From the NCBI GenBank assembly GCA_040954595.2, contig CM082598.2:930001-994000 (forward strand): a DNA stretch of 64,000 nucleotides, written 5' to 3'. Shown here one piece after another: positions 1 to 12,700 of the stretch (within the stretch, counting starts at the first letter, position 1; each line of letters starts with the position of its first letter). The translations under genes were made by a program, and so were the position numbers. Source of the stretch: Balanoglossus misakiensis (taxonomy: Eukaryota > Animalia > Hemichordata). Under the pieces are notes generated by a model. The model saw only the letters and a program-made list of their open reading frames with translations. It was not told the DNA's origin and searched no databases.

Positions 1-3000
1 TATAATAGGCCAATTATGTACTTAGTCTGAAATTATCTATTTATCATCGGTGGTTATATGTCAAACAAAATGGAAGACTTACAAGTGAATAATAGTAAAG
101 AGAGAATACAAAAAAAATCCAAATTTATGATATTTTCTTGGTTTATTTTGGTTTGTCAAGGATATATACAAGTAATCAATCATTTGGTGGAAAATTAAGA
201 TAAAAATAAAATCCATCTATAATTTTGCCTGACAATCGAAATTATTTAAGTATGTCTAATATTCTGAAATACAGTGTTGCTGTTGTTGGTAGACAAATGT
301 GTTGCTCAGATTATAGACTTGTCAAATCTGACACTGTAGCAAAAGTAAACAGATTGTTTTTAGTCATGAAGTGTATCGGTTCTTTTCCAATCTGTCACAG
401 TATTTGTTTAACTATTTCTTTCTGTATGAGATGTTACAAATAATAGCATGATACAGTTAGTAACAAAACATTCACCTATATCTATCTAAAATTTATTTAT
501 GAGAAAACAGTGAGTTGGTATCAAAAACATTGCTGAATTCAAATGTAAAATTGAGTGAAAATTGATTATCATAGCCACTAACACTGCCCCCATAGTCTGG
601 CATTATTGGCAGAAATACTAACATCGCCCATATTTGGTAGTTAATCTCAGGTGTTCATGTTCGCTGCTTGTTTCCTCCAGTATTAGTGTGTTACAGTTTC
701 ATCACTCCAGTATCCTTGTTCACTTCCTAAGTCTAAACATTGGAGGTCAGAATTATTTATTGGTTTGGATCGTTTGCTGTTTTCTTCTCAAATTCAGAAC
801 TCTGAGTGATATTTGGCTGCTTTGACTTTCAGATTATTCAAATGAAAATCTTCAGTGAGTTTGGATCAAAAACTACAAAAATTCTCAATTGAATTTTATC
901 TGAAATGTAGATATATGTATATTATGTATGGCTAGAACAGTTTTAGCCAGGTGACCCGTGGTTTGTACAGGTCATGACCTTTGATTTATTGAAGTTTGAC
1001 CTTCACATAATGTGGAAAATCGTTTGATGGGTTGGACTTTCTTTCAGTTTTTCTTTTAACCCCTAGATCATGTCATAACCTTTGACACACTTTTGGGGTC
1101 ATGACATGACAGAATAGGCAAAGTTTTGAAATGGATGAGGTCATTATATTGTGGGCATATTGGGCAAGGTCATGACCTTTGACCTTTTATAAAGACTGCT
1201 GATGTACATCATTGTATTGTATTTATTATTTTGTAGACATACTTCCCTTTGCTTATAGGGACCAAAAAAGTAACCGTGTAGATATGAAAGTTGTCTTAGT
1301 TGAGTTGTAGATGTATATTTATTTACTTGTTTAGTGCAATGTCTTTATGTATACTGTGCTTCTTGGATGATGCTGTGTGCTGCAGTTGTAACTAAGACTA
1401 TAGATTAGTTTGTTAGGATCAACATGACATGCATGATTTTTCTATTGTCAGTCTAATTATGGTCATTTTGTTCATGGAATGACCACGATCCAACTACTTA
1501 ATCCAAAACAGGGTACACATCCTGCATAAATAACAGCTATGATCTGCAAAGTTTTGTTAGAAATCCATGTCTGGCAGAGACGAACAGACTGAATTTTAAG
1601 ATGACCCACCCTGAAACTTCAACTAATATTTTTGGATAAATTTGCTTATCAAATGTGAGAAGTCGAAAAATTGCAGTAAAATGTCTTTCTGGAAAACAGA
1701 GTTGATTTTGCTGCTAGAAAATAGTCGGTCCTAGAATCACAACTGTAGTCTGTCTGTCTCTATTGTACATTTTCTGTCAGAAAATTCTAACTTGTCACAA
1801 CAAAACAATTGTTACAATGTATCTTCTGTCTGTGTTGTCAAAATAGATTAACAGACTACAAAATGTACATTTTCTGTCAATCTTATAACATGGGTAATGA
1901 TATATTTCCTAGCAACAACTATACTGTAATTATTGGTGTGTGTTTCGTGAACGTTATTTGTGTATATATACATAGAATTATACATACATGAAACTTTAAT
2001 GTATCTTGAATGACGGGGAAAAGTTGAATTTATTTAGGGGGACTTTTGGGGAGTTTGAGTTAAAGATGATAAGCTGTCATGATATAAAGTATCAAAGACT
2101 GGTCTCTGTAGCTTTGGAGGGTTTAAATGGCCTACGACTTTTGCAATGCATCCTGGGATATCATGTAGTTGTCATAGTTACACTAGTTTCACAGATTGAT
2201 CCTTGTATGTGGCTGTTGGTTCTTTCTCAGCTGTGGTGTGTAGCTCTCAGATGTTTCATTGGTTTGGAGCAATGTTACACTCCCATGGTCAGTTTCCATA
2301 GTGACCATGTTTTAATCCGGTTGTTCCTATGTGGACCCCTCTGATCTGATCCTTACTCTTGAAAATTACAGGGAGTTTTTCGCTGGCATCAGCAAAATGT
2401 TGTGGTCAAAATTTTACAAGAGGCCAGGTGTTCCCTCAAGAAGGTCTACAAGTTTGGTTTTTGTGGCCAAAGGGTGAAGGGTCTTGTATCTAGGTACTCT
2501 TTCTTCTGGACAATTGGCCAGAAATGAAAAGAAGACTGTGAGTGCTCCTTCAAGTTCTCCAGCAAACACACAGACAGACAGACACACACACACACACACA
2601 CAAAACCACATCAAACACAGACAGAAGATAGACAGAGAGACACATGCCAAACACACACACACACACATTGGGAGTTGATCAGAGCATTTCTTAGATGGTT
2701 TGCATGCAAACGTTCTGGCTGTCTTTGAAGTGAAAACTCAAAATATAGCTATTTCCAATCAAGGCTGTTGTAAAAGGTGCATTGACTTCTTTTGCTTTGT
2801 AGACTGCGATGATATGCCCATCAATGTACAGAGATGATGTTCAATAAATGTTGTATTTAGTTCAACATTACTTTTCCTCAGTGTTTTCTTTAAATATGCA
2901 GTGTTCAACGCTCTGTAAAAATCTGATATTGCAACAATTTATTCCTGTTTTGTTGGGGTATTTTTATATGCATACATAAAAGTTCTATTTCTTGATATCT

Positions 3001-4478
3001 AAAGATTTCTTAACATATATCTCGACATCTTATGTGCATGTGGTAAAGTACAAGTACATTGATTTCAAAAGTTGTTAACAGGACTTCCAGTTTATTTCAG
3101 AGAAACAATAGAAGTATTACTGAAATTTTTGAAATTGTAAAAAAACAACAGATACTGCTGTCAGACGGTGAAACAAGAACAAATGAACTTTAAAAAAATC
3201 CTGCAAGAAATCTTACATTTCGGTGGTCAAAGTGCACTAAATTTCCTCTAATATAAAATTATACAAGTTTAAAGGAAATGATATGTACATGATGACGTAT
3301 ATGAATTTTCCGAAGAAAACAAACATAGTCATACCGCCACCAAGTGGCGAATTAAAGCAAACTTCATTTACATGAAATACATGTGAACAACAACAGTGAT
3401 CGGTATCACAATGTCCGCCGTATTGCAAAGGTCTGAGTTTGTCGTTAATTCATCGTTTACTTGAGAATTTACAACAATTTCAGGGTTATTCATCATGCAG
3501 GCATGGATAGAAAACATGGCAAATACAGGTAATGTACAGTTTTTTTTCTGAACAAATCCAAACTGATAACAATTCATCTCTGATAGCGACAGTTCTAAAT
3601 CTGATGGCATTTTGATAGCATTCCATGGCGGGAGTTTTGAGTCAACAGAAAAACCTGAAAATAATCAATGAAATTGGGGACCTTTTCATGGAAATTGAAC
3701 TTTCCAATGAATATTTCGATCAGCAGCGTATTTCTTTAAATTCTACTCTTCGAATTCAAACGAGAAATCGACATCAAAATAATGGATGTCCCAAGTTTCA
3801 TCCACGTGTGTATTCCATGAACTCAAATAATGCATTGCATCATTCAACAATTCTGTTTTTCTCGAACTATTCTCACCACTTTTTAGCAAATTTCAACTTT
3901 AGCAAGATGGTCTGAGATGCGCAAATAAGTTTTAAGCCTATTTCGTGTATCTTAAATTCAGTAATTTTGATAAAAACAGGAAAAATTCTGGCAATCTCTT
4001 CATGCAGTTCCGATCATGTCAATGACGTCATCGACCCAATCCGCTCATAGAAATCAATGCATTAAAAAAATGTCATAAATTTCCCCCCAAAATTATCACA
4101 TTGTATGTTCTAACCATCATAAATAGATTGCGCGGTTCGAGAGAAGAAAATTTTTATGTCACACTTGGTGTCGAAACTTTGGTAAACTCTTTAAAAAAGT
4201 GAAAATTGTGAAGACTTCCTTTCACTGTTTACATTCAATTCCGGTGACGTCATCGAATCGCTCGGTCATTTTTTTCTGAAGCATTTTCCAAAAATTTCTT
4301 CAAATTTTTTCATGAAAATTTTCACGATTTGCATCCAGATGTCAAAAAAGCTCTTCATCGTGTTGTAGGAAAGAGAACTTTGCCCCACAGTTGTGGTGTG
4401 GGATGCTAAAAAGTGGTGAAAATTGGTTGTTTTTTGAGGTTGAGTTGTTGAGATGCGTTGTTTGTTTGTAGAGTGTTT

Positions 4479-7400
4479 TTACTTGGAAAACAAACAGATT
4501 TGGTTTCTAGTCGCTGTGTCACTGTCACATTCCGTTGTAACAGCGATTGTGTTGCAGTCTTCACTGACTGCAATGTAGGAGGGGTGTGACATAACACCTT
4601 GAAACAAAATGCTATCAAAATTGCCGTTTGATTTCAGTTTTTGTATTCTATCATTCCCACAATCACAGATGTAGATATTTCCAAGTGAGTCAACACACAT
4701 GCCACTTGGACACCACAGCTGACCTTCGCCTTTACCTTTGGTGCAAAATTGATTCAGACATTTCAAATCAGAATCAAACACTTTAATGCAATGGTGCCAT
4801 GAATCTGTCACTAAGAGATGATTGTTGCTAGTAACAACAACAGACCAGGGATGGCGGAGTTGACCCTCAACCTTTGCAATAAGCTTCCCATCCGCAATGT
4901 TGTATTTAACCAAACTACCATCCCACTTGTTGTCAGTTATAAAAACAAACTGGTCCATGACAGCAATGCCCTCAGCATCAATGCCTGGTGTTGGAATTAT
5001 TTGTAGCATTTCAATTGTATTACATTGATTTAATTTACAAACAATAATTTGTTGATTTCCATCATCTGTGATAAAGTAAAGTCCATCACCTGATACAGTC
5101 ACAGCCAATGGATGGAATGGCTCCTCAAACCCATGACTTTCAAAACCTGTCATTGCTATGACTGCGTAATTTCTGTCCAGTATCACTATTCTCTCGTTGC
5201 CATTGTCACAAACCACCAGCCATTCTCCATGCCATGCCAGACCACTCGGCCAATTAAACCGTCCAGGCTCTGTGCCTTCATCCCTTGTACCCAACACATG
5301 TATTGACCACTGGCTACCTGTGAAATCAGAGGTCAAAGGTCAATCTCTGCACTACAAAGGAAAGTCAATTTTCACATTTTTGACAGTAAAAATTATATAC
5401 AAGGTAAGTTTGTATTACCATGGCAATGTATCAGCCTTAGGGCTAGCCGTCATATGATGTCACCTTTAATCCCTTATCACCATGGCAACATAAATTGATG
5501 ATTAAAATCGTGTAAAATGTAAGAAATTAGATTTGAATGCTGTTTCCCCAAATAAAGTGTTACAACATGTCATGTTACAGGACAAACAGTTCCTAAGCTA
5601 TTTAAGGATTTTCTGTTAGTGTTGACAAGTCTTTTCTATAGCAACATTTTTGCTGGTTTTGGTTCAAAAATTAGTATTTATCTGTACATTCTGAATAATA
5701 CAAGATAAAGAAATCAAATTTTCAGTTTCATTTACAGGCCCACCTAAAGAAAATTTTTGTCACCAAATATTGACATATCGTGCTGCTTGTTGATGCTGTT
5801 ACTATGGCAATGTTTTTGTTGGATTTGGTTAAAATGATTATTTTCTCAATTTGCATTGTAATACATGATAAAACTGAAATTTTCAGATGCAAATGCTTAA
5901 CGAGGCCCCCCTAAAACAGTTTTTGTCTTTGAAATTATTGTTTTGTGTTGAATACTTTTACCATGGCAACATTTTCTGTTGGATTTGGTTCAAAATATCA
6001 ATTTTCACTATTTTCATTGAAATGCAAGAGAACAAAAAAATTGTTTTCAGATTCATTAACCAAGTCACTTTAACTTTAAGAGTTCTTTATCACTAAATTC
6101 ATTGCTCTAGTTGTTTAATGTCATTACCATGGGAATATTTTTGTTTGATTACATTCAAAAATTGTTCTTTTCTGTGTAAAAGAAGATAAAAAAATTAACA
6201 TTTTCAACTACACCCTTCTGTTGACCTATTGGCCGCACCCCCTAGCAATTGCCCAAGGGGCGACCGACACACTCTGAAAATGGTGTCAGTCATGGTAATA
6301 CACACAAAAAAATGACAAAATATTTCTACACAGTCAAGAACACTAAGCTATAATCAAGTTACTATAGAGATGGCCACAAACAGTAACACAAATTGTCAAT
6401 GTCGTAATCAATTTGCCACTCCGTAGTTAAATACATACCTTTCAGTTTCCGTTTCGCACTGATGTAGACTCTACCACTGATAGGTTTGCTGTAAGCAGCA
6501 CCCTTCATAGGAACAGAACTTGTCTGTGATGATGTTGGCAATGATGGTTTTGAAGCAGTAGCAGATGCTTCGGGTTTTGTGTCAGGAATTTCAGGTTCAG
6601 ATGATGTCATAGCCTGTTGACCTGCAGGCAACATATTAAAAATGAACAAGTTCTTAAATTTAAAGACTACAACTTGACCTATACTATAGACATGTCATTC
6701 GTCTTTGCTACTCGAGGTATTTATTTCAGCAGGGGGGTCGGACGATGAGAGATCACTGTACACACAAAAACAGAAGTTATCGTTTTATTAGGGGCATGTC
6801 GCAGAGATGACATGTTCAATTTGTGAGATAACTTAGACACTTACCTCGACCCAATACTTGATCACGTTTCCAAATAATCTTTTTTACCAGACTCTTCTGA
6901 ATACTAAAATCCTCCCCTAGTAAATCTTCTCGAGTATAAATGTTGGCAAGGTCATCACCAGTAACACAATTTTTCTGAAACTTTGAAATGGTTGTTTCGT
7001 CAATGTGGAGTTTCTTCAGCCAGCTGCAAACACCATCGACATCAAAGGACAAAAAGGCAGCTGTAGTTAAAGAGAGAAATTCATTATTCAGAATATAGAA
7101 GTATTATTTTGATAAATATTTAAAACAAATTGTGTTCTAGTTTAGTTGTCAGGTACACTGACTGTTTATTTTGTTTGAGAAGAAAATCAAGTTATTCAGT
7201 CACAGCAAGAATTGTGCACTAGTAGAAAACATTTGGGATGTAGATTGAGATTGTTGACAGTTTAAACTAGATCGTCTGTTGATCATTGATGTCAAACATT
7301 TGCAATATCATGATATCAAGACTTCAGATATCCCCATAAATGTAAATTGACTATAGTGCAAAATTTTCAATAAGGGCTGTGCATTTGCTATCTTAGACAT

Positions 7401-7789
7401 GTAGTTATACTAGAAAACAAAAATACACCATTTTATGAAAATTAGATATATATGAAATGGAAATAAAAAGTGTGTTCAACAAAAACAAATTCAATCATTG
7501 AAAATCATTATAGGTTATTACCTTTATCTCTCAGTTTATCGGCAGTTGAACAATAACCACTTTTTTCCAAGGCTTCAATTAATTTACCAAGTGTCGCTTT
7601 ATGACCAAATTTCTTCTGCCAAGCATAAAGCACCTGCACTTTCACTTCTGCAGATTGTCCAACATTGTCATGTATAATTTCTGCCACCCTAGTGTGAGGA
7701 AGTTCAAGGCTTCTTCCCAATTTTTGGACATCAGCGGGTAAAACTTCATCACTAACAAGGTGAAATGCATCTTGCATATCTCTGTCCAT
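4479..7789 (-). CDS. Death domain-SAM-NHL repeat protein, copy 1 (~501 aa)
   Basis: Exons 7789-7522 (MDRDMQDAF...KLGRSLEL...WQKKFGHKATLGKLIEALEKSG, death fold), 7060-6845 (FDVDGVCSWLKKL...FQKNCVTGDDL, SAM), 6621-6439 (S/T/P-rich linker) and 5317-4479 (six NHL blades with F/LxxPxG and DxxNxRI motifs). All introns are GT-AG and phase 1, and the joined 1506 nt is open. Confidence 0.88.
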
Positions 7790-8189
7790 GTCTTGGCTTT
7801 GGTATTCAGCTGTATATAACAATTAGTGAATAATTAACAATTAGTTAATGTTTTTGCTTCATTTGAAAGCTGGTAAATACATGTTTAGATAAACCTGTTC
7901 TTATATACCCATCTTCAACAGCACTAAAGCAACATGTAGCGTGATTTTTGTGTACGGTAGTCGAAAAAGTATACTCTGCAGCCAATCCCCCACCCCCACC
8001 CCCACCCCCACCAAAACGTTCAAAAAGTGTGTTTACCATCACAGCACATGTTTATATTATCCACAGCCACTAAATGATGAAAACATGATTGAATAAAATC
8101 AACAACTTTTCCTTGAAACCTTGATGACCTCGTTAGATTTCTTCAGGAAATTTTAGATTGAAAAAAGGTCTCCTTTTAGATTTGGCACT

Positions 8190-8504
8190 TTGCCATACCT
8201 GTGTTCACTATTGCGCATTTTACAAAATGGCGTCGTGGTTAGCTTTCGCGTAACTCGTTAGAACTTTCATTAATTGCCTCATTGAATCATAGCCTTGTCC
8301 TTAAATGGATTGTGGATTAACTTAGAGTTATGTCGTCATGGTTTGTCAAACCTGAAAGAATTAAGGAAATTTCCAGCGCATTTTTCCCCAAAGTGGTGGT
8401 ACATGTTAAAGGAACTATACGGAGTTATTGACCCAATAAACTGTATGGGCTTCTAGGTGTGGCTCTACCTTACGTTGTGACGCGACCTTGAAAATGTCTA
8501 AGGC
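8190..8504 (-). promoter_or_regulatory. Putative promoter / non-coding first exon of copy 1
   Basis: CpG-containing block with an AAAATGGCG (YY1-like) site near 8224, a GTGACGCG site and a minus-strand donor CAG|GTATGG near 8198. Nearly identical to 15220-15522. Confidence 0.45.
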
Positions 8505-8835
8505 CTTTTTTATCGTTGCTACTTCCTTATTACGCCCTGTGATTTTAATTCTTGTATATTACTTTTTGTCTTACCATTACATAACACTTCTCCAACGAAG
8601 ATAATACCAGGTTGACTTACCAGGTTGACTTCAACTGTTTCAAAACTTCCTCATATAATTTCTGTTGTGGTCTCATGACAACGACTGGACTGGTTGTCTG
8701 AACTTTGGTCCGTCAGATTTGAATATAAAGGTGACGTGAGGTGAACCACTGAGATTGAGGTCACTTCAACATGATCACGCCATAGTAGAAACTGTAGTAT
8801 ATTATTAAACTTAATTAATTGAGGTGACGTGAGGT

Positions 8836-9682
8836 GAATCACAGCTGTAGTCTGTCTGTCTCTATTGTACATTTTCTGTCAGAAAATTCTAACTTGTCAC
8901 AACAAAACAATTGTTACAGTGTATCTTCTCTCTGTATTGTCAAAATAGATTAACAGACTACAAAATGTACATTTTCTGTCAATCTTATAACATGGGTAAT
9001 GATATATTTCCTAGCAACAACTATACTGTAATTATTGGTGTGTGTTTCGTGAACGTTATTTGTGTATATATACATAGAATTATACATACATGAAACTTTA
9101 ATGTATCTTGAATGACAGGGAAAAGTAGAATTTATTTAGGGGGACTTTTGGGAGTTTGAGTTACAGATGATAAGCTGTCATGATAATAAGTATCAAAGAC
9201 TGGTCTCTGTAGCTTTGGAGGGTTTAAAAGGCATATGACTTTTGCAATGCATCATGGGATATGTAGTTGTCATAGTTACACTAGCATAGTTTCACAGATT
9301 GATCCTTGTATGTGGCTGTTGGTTCTTTCTCAGCTGTGGTTTGTAGCTCTCAGATGTTTCATTGGTTTGGAGCAATGTTACACTCCCATGGTCAGTTTCC
9401 ATAGTGACCATGTTTTAATCCGGTTGTTCCTATGTGGACCCCTCTGATCTGATCCTTACTCTTGAAAATTACAGGGAGTTTTTCGCTGGTATCAGCAAAA
9501 TGTTGTGGTCAAAGTTTTACAAGAGGCCAGGTGTTCCCTCAAGAAGGTCTACAAGTTTGGTTTTTGTGGCCAAAGGGTGAAGGGTCTTGTATCTAGGTAC
9601 TCTTTCTTCTGGACAATTGACCAGAAATGAAAAGAAGACTATATTGAATTTGCAGCACAGTGAGTGCTCCTTCAAGTTCTCT

Positions 9683-9719
<37 letters not shown>

Positions 9720-12700
9720 TGGGAGTTGATCAGAGCATTTCTTAGATGGTTTGTATGCAAACGTTCTGGCTGTCTTTGAAGTGAAAACTCAAAATATAGC
9801 TATTTCCAATCAAGGCTGTTGTAAAAGGTGCATTGACTTCTTTTGCTTTGTAGACTGCGATGATATGCCCATCAATGTACAGAGATGATGTTCAATAAAT
9901 GTTGTATTTAGTTCAACATTACTTTTCCTCAGTGTTTTCTTTAAATATGCAGTGTTCAACACTCCGTAGAAGTCTGACATTGCAACCTCTGACATGATGA
10001 TGATGATGATGATGATGATGGAAAGTGATTCAGCCTATAAACTTTTCCATGTAGAACTCTCAATTTATTTCTGTTTATTTTAGTATTTTTTCATCTCCAA
10101 ATGTTTACATACCCCGTACATAGGTGTTCTATTTCAGTACTCATTTCCCTCACACTTTGCAAATCTTGATATCCCAAAATTTCTTAACATATATCTCGAC
10201 ACCAGTCGTTACATTAAACTATTTTGTACATTTCTTATGTGCATGTGGAAGAGTACAAGTACATTGATTCAAAAGTTATAAACAGGACTTCCTGTTTATT
10301 TCGAGAAACAATAGAAGTATTACTGAAATTTTTGAAATTGTAAACAAAAAACAGGGATACTGCTGTCAGACAGTGAAACAAGAACAAATGAACTTAAAAA
10401 AACTCCTGCAAGAAATCTTACATTTCAGTGGTCAAAGTGCACTAAATTCTATCCTCTAATATAAAATTATACAAGTTTAAAGGAAATGATATGTACATGA
10501 TGACGTATATGAATTTTCCGAAGAAAACAAAAATAGTCATACCGCCACCAAGTGGCGAATTAAAGCAAACTTCATTTACATGAAATACATGTGAACAACA
10601 ACAGTGATCGGTATCAAAATGTCCGCCGTATTGCAAAGGTCTGAGTTTGTCGTTAATTCATCGTTTACTTGAGAATTTACAACAATTTCAGGGTTATTCA
10701 TCATGCAGGCATGGATAGAAAACATGGCAAATACAGGTAATGTACAGTTTTTTTTCTGAACAAATCCAAACTGATAACAATTCATCTCTGATAGCGACAG
10801 TTCTAAATCTGATGGCATTTTGATAGCATTCCATGGCGGGAATTTCGATTCAACAGAAAAACATGAAAGTAATCAATGAAATTGGGGATCTTTTCACTGA
10901 AATTGAACTTTCCAATGACTATTTAGATCAGCAGCGTATTCCTTTAAATTCTACTCTTAGAATTCAAACGAGAAATCGACATCAAAATAATGGATGTCCC
11001 AAGTTTCATCCACGTGGTGTATTCCATGAACTCAAATAATGCATTGCATCATTCAACAATTCTGTTTTTCTCGAACTATTCTCACCACTTTTTAGCAAAT
11101 TTCAACTTTAGCAAGATGGTCTGAGATGCGCAAATAAGTTTTAAGCCTATTTCGTGTATCTTAAATTCAGTAATTTTGATAAAAACAGGAAAAATTCTGA
11201 CAATCTCTTCATGCAGTTCCGATCATGTCAATGACGTCATCGACCCAATCCGCTCATAGAAATCAATGCATTAAAAAAATGTCATAAATTTTCACCCAAA
11301 ATTATCACATTGTATGTTCTAACCATCATAAATAGATTGCGCGGTTCGAGAGAAGAAAATTTTTATGTCACACTTGGTGTCGAAACTTTGGTAAACTCTT
11401 TAAAAAAGTGAAAATTGTGAAGACTTCCTTTCACTGTTTACATTAAATTCTGGTGACGTCATCGAATCGCTCGGTCATTTTTTTCTGAAGCATTTTCCAA
11501 AAATTTCTTCAAATTTTTTCATGAAAATTTTCACGATTTGCATCCAGATGTCAAAAACGCTCTTCATCGTATTGTAGGAAAGAGAACTTTGCCCCACAGT
11601 TGTGGTGTGGGATGCTAAAAAGTGGTGAAAATTGGGTGTTTTTTGAGGTTGAGTTGTTGAGATGCGTTGTTTGTTTGTAGAGTGTTTTTACTTGGAAAAC
11701 AAACAGATTTGGTGTCTAGACGCTGCGTCACTTTCACTTCCATATCCCATTGTAACAGCGATTGTGTTGCAGTCTTCACTGACTGCAATGTAGAGGGGCG
11801 ATGACATAACACCTTGAAACATAATGCTATCAAAATTGCCGTTTGATTTCAGTTTTTGTATTCTATGATTCAAGAAATCACAGATGTAGATATTTCCAAG
11901 TGAGTCAACACACATGCCCTGTGGATACGACAGCTGACCTTCGCCTTGACCTTCAGTGCAAAATTGATTCAGACATTTCAAATCGGAATCAAACACTTTA
12001 ATGCAATGGTTCCATGAATCTGTCACTAAGAGATGATTGTTGCTAGTAACAACAACAGAGTAGGGAAGACAGAGTTGACCCTCAACCTTTGCAATAAGCT
12101 TCCCATCCGCAATGTTGTATTTAACCAAACTACCATTCCTCTCGTTGTCAGTTATAAAAACAAACTGGTCCATGACAGCAATGCCATAAGCATCAATGCC
12201 TGGAGTTGGAATTATTTGTAGCATTTCAATTGTATTACATTGATTTAATTTACAAACAATAATTTGTTCATTTCCACGATCAGTGATAAAGTAAAGTCCA
12301 TCACCTGATACAGTCACAGCCAGTGGCGTGAATGGCTCCTTAAACCCATGACTTTCAAAACCTGTCATTGCTATGACTGCGTAATTTCTGTCCAGTATCA
12401 CTATTCTATTGTTGCAAAGGTCACAAACCACCAGCCATTCTCCATGCCATGCCAGACCTCTCGGACAATTAAACCGTCCTGGCTCTGTGCCTTGATCCCT
12501 CGTACCCAACACCTGTATTGACCACTGGCTACCTGTGAAATCAGAGGTCAAAGGTCAATCTCTGCACTACAAAGGAAAGTCAATTTTCACATTTTTTGAC
12601 AGTAAAAATTATATGCAAGGTAAGTTTGTATTGCCATGGCAATGTATCAGCCTTAGGGCTAGCCGTCTTATGATGTCACCATTAATCCCTTATCACCATG

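Larger units (their letters stand above)
1734..8504. repeat. Tandem segmental duplication, copy 1 (~6.8 kb)
   Basis: Colinear with 8836-15522 from GAATCACA(A/G)CTGTAGTCTGTCTGTC to GAAAATGTCTAAGGC. The offset is ~7.0-7.3 kb and the ORF track repeats (e.g. 3368-3610 vs 10576-10818 differ at one residue). Confidence 0.95.

Noticed and set aside
225-1730. Short ORFs at the window start
   Set aside because: AT-rich, with no recognisable domains or consistent splice structure.
2100-2930. Coding-looking minus-strand text (NCPEERVPRYKTLHP; FADASEKLPVIFKSK, faintly pogo-like), repeated at 9200-9995
   Set aside because: Multiple stops, an inserted CA microsatellite and no catalytic motif. It cannot be assigned without a search.
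4479-12551. Diversity-generating retroelement (TR/VR pair) explanation for the NHL variation
   Set aside because: There is no reverse transcriptase nearby, both copies are full intron-containing genes, and the changes are not adenine-specific (e.g. TGG/TGT).
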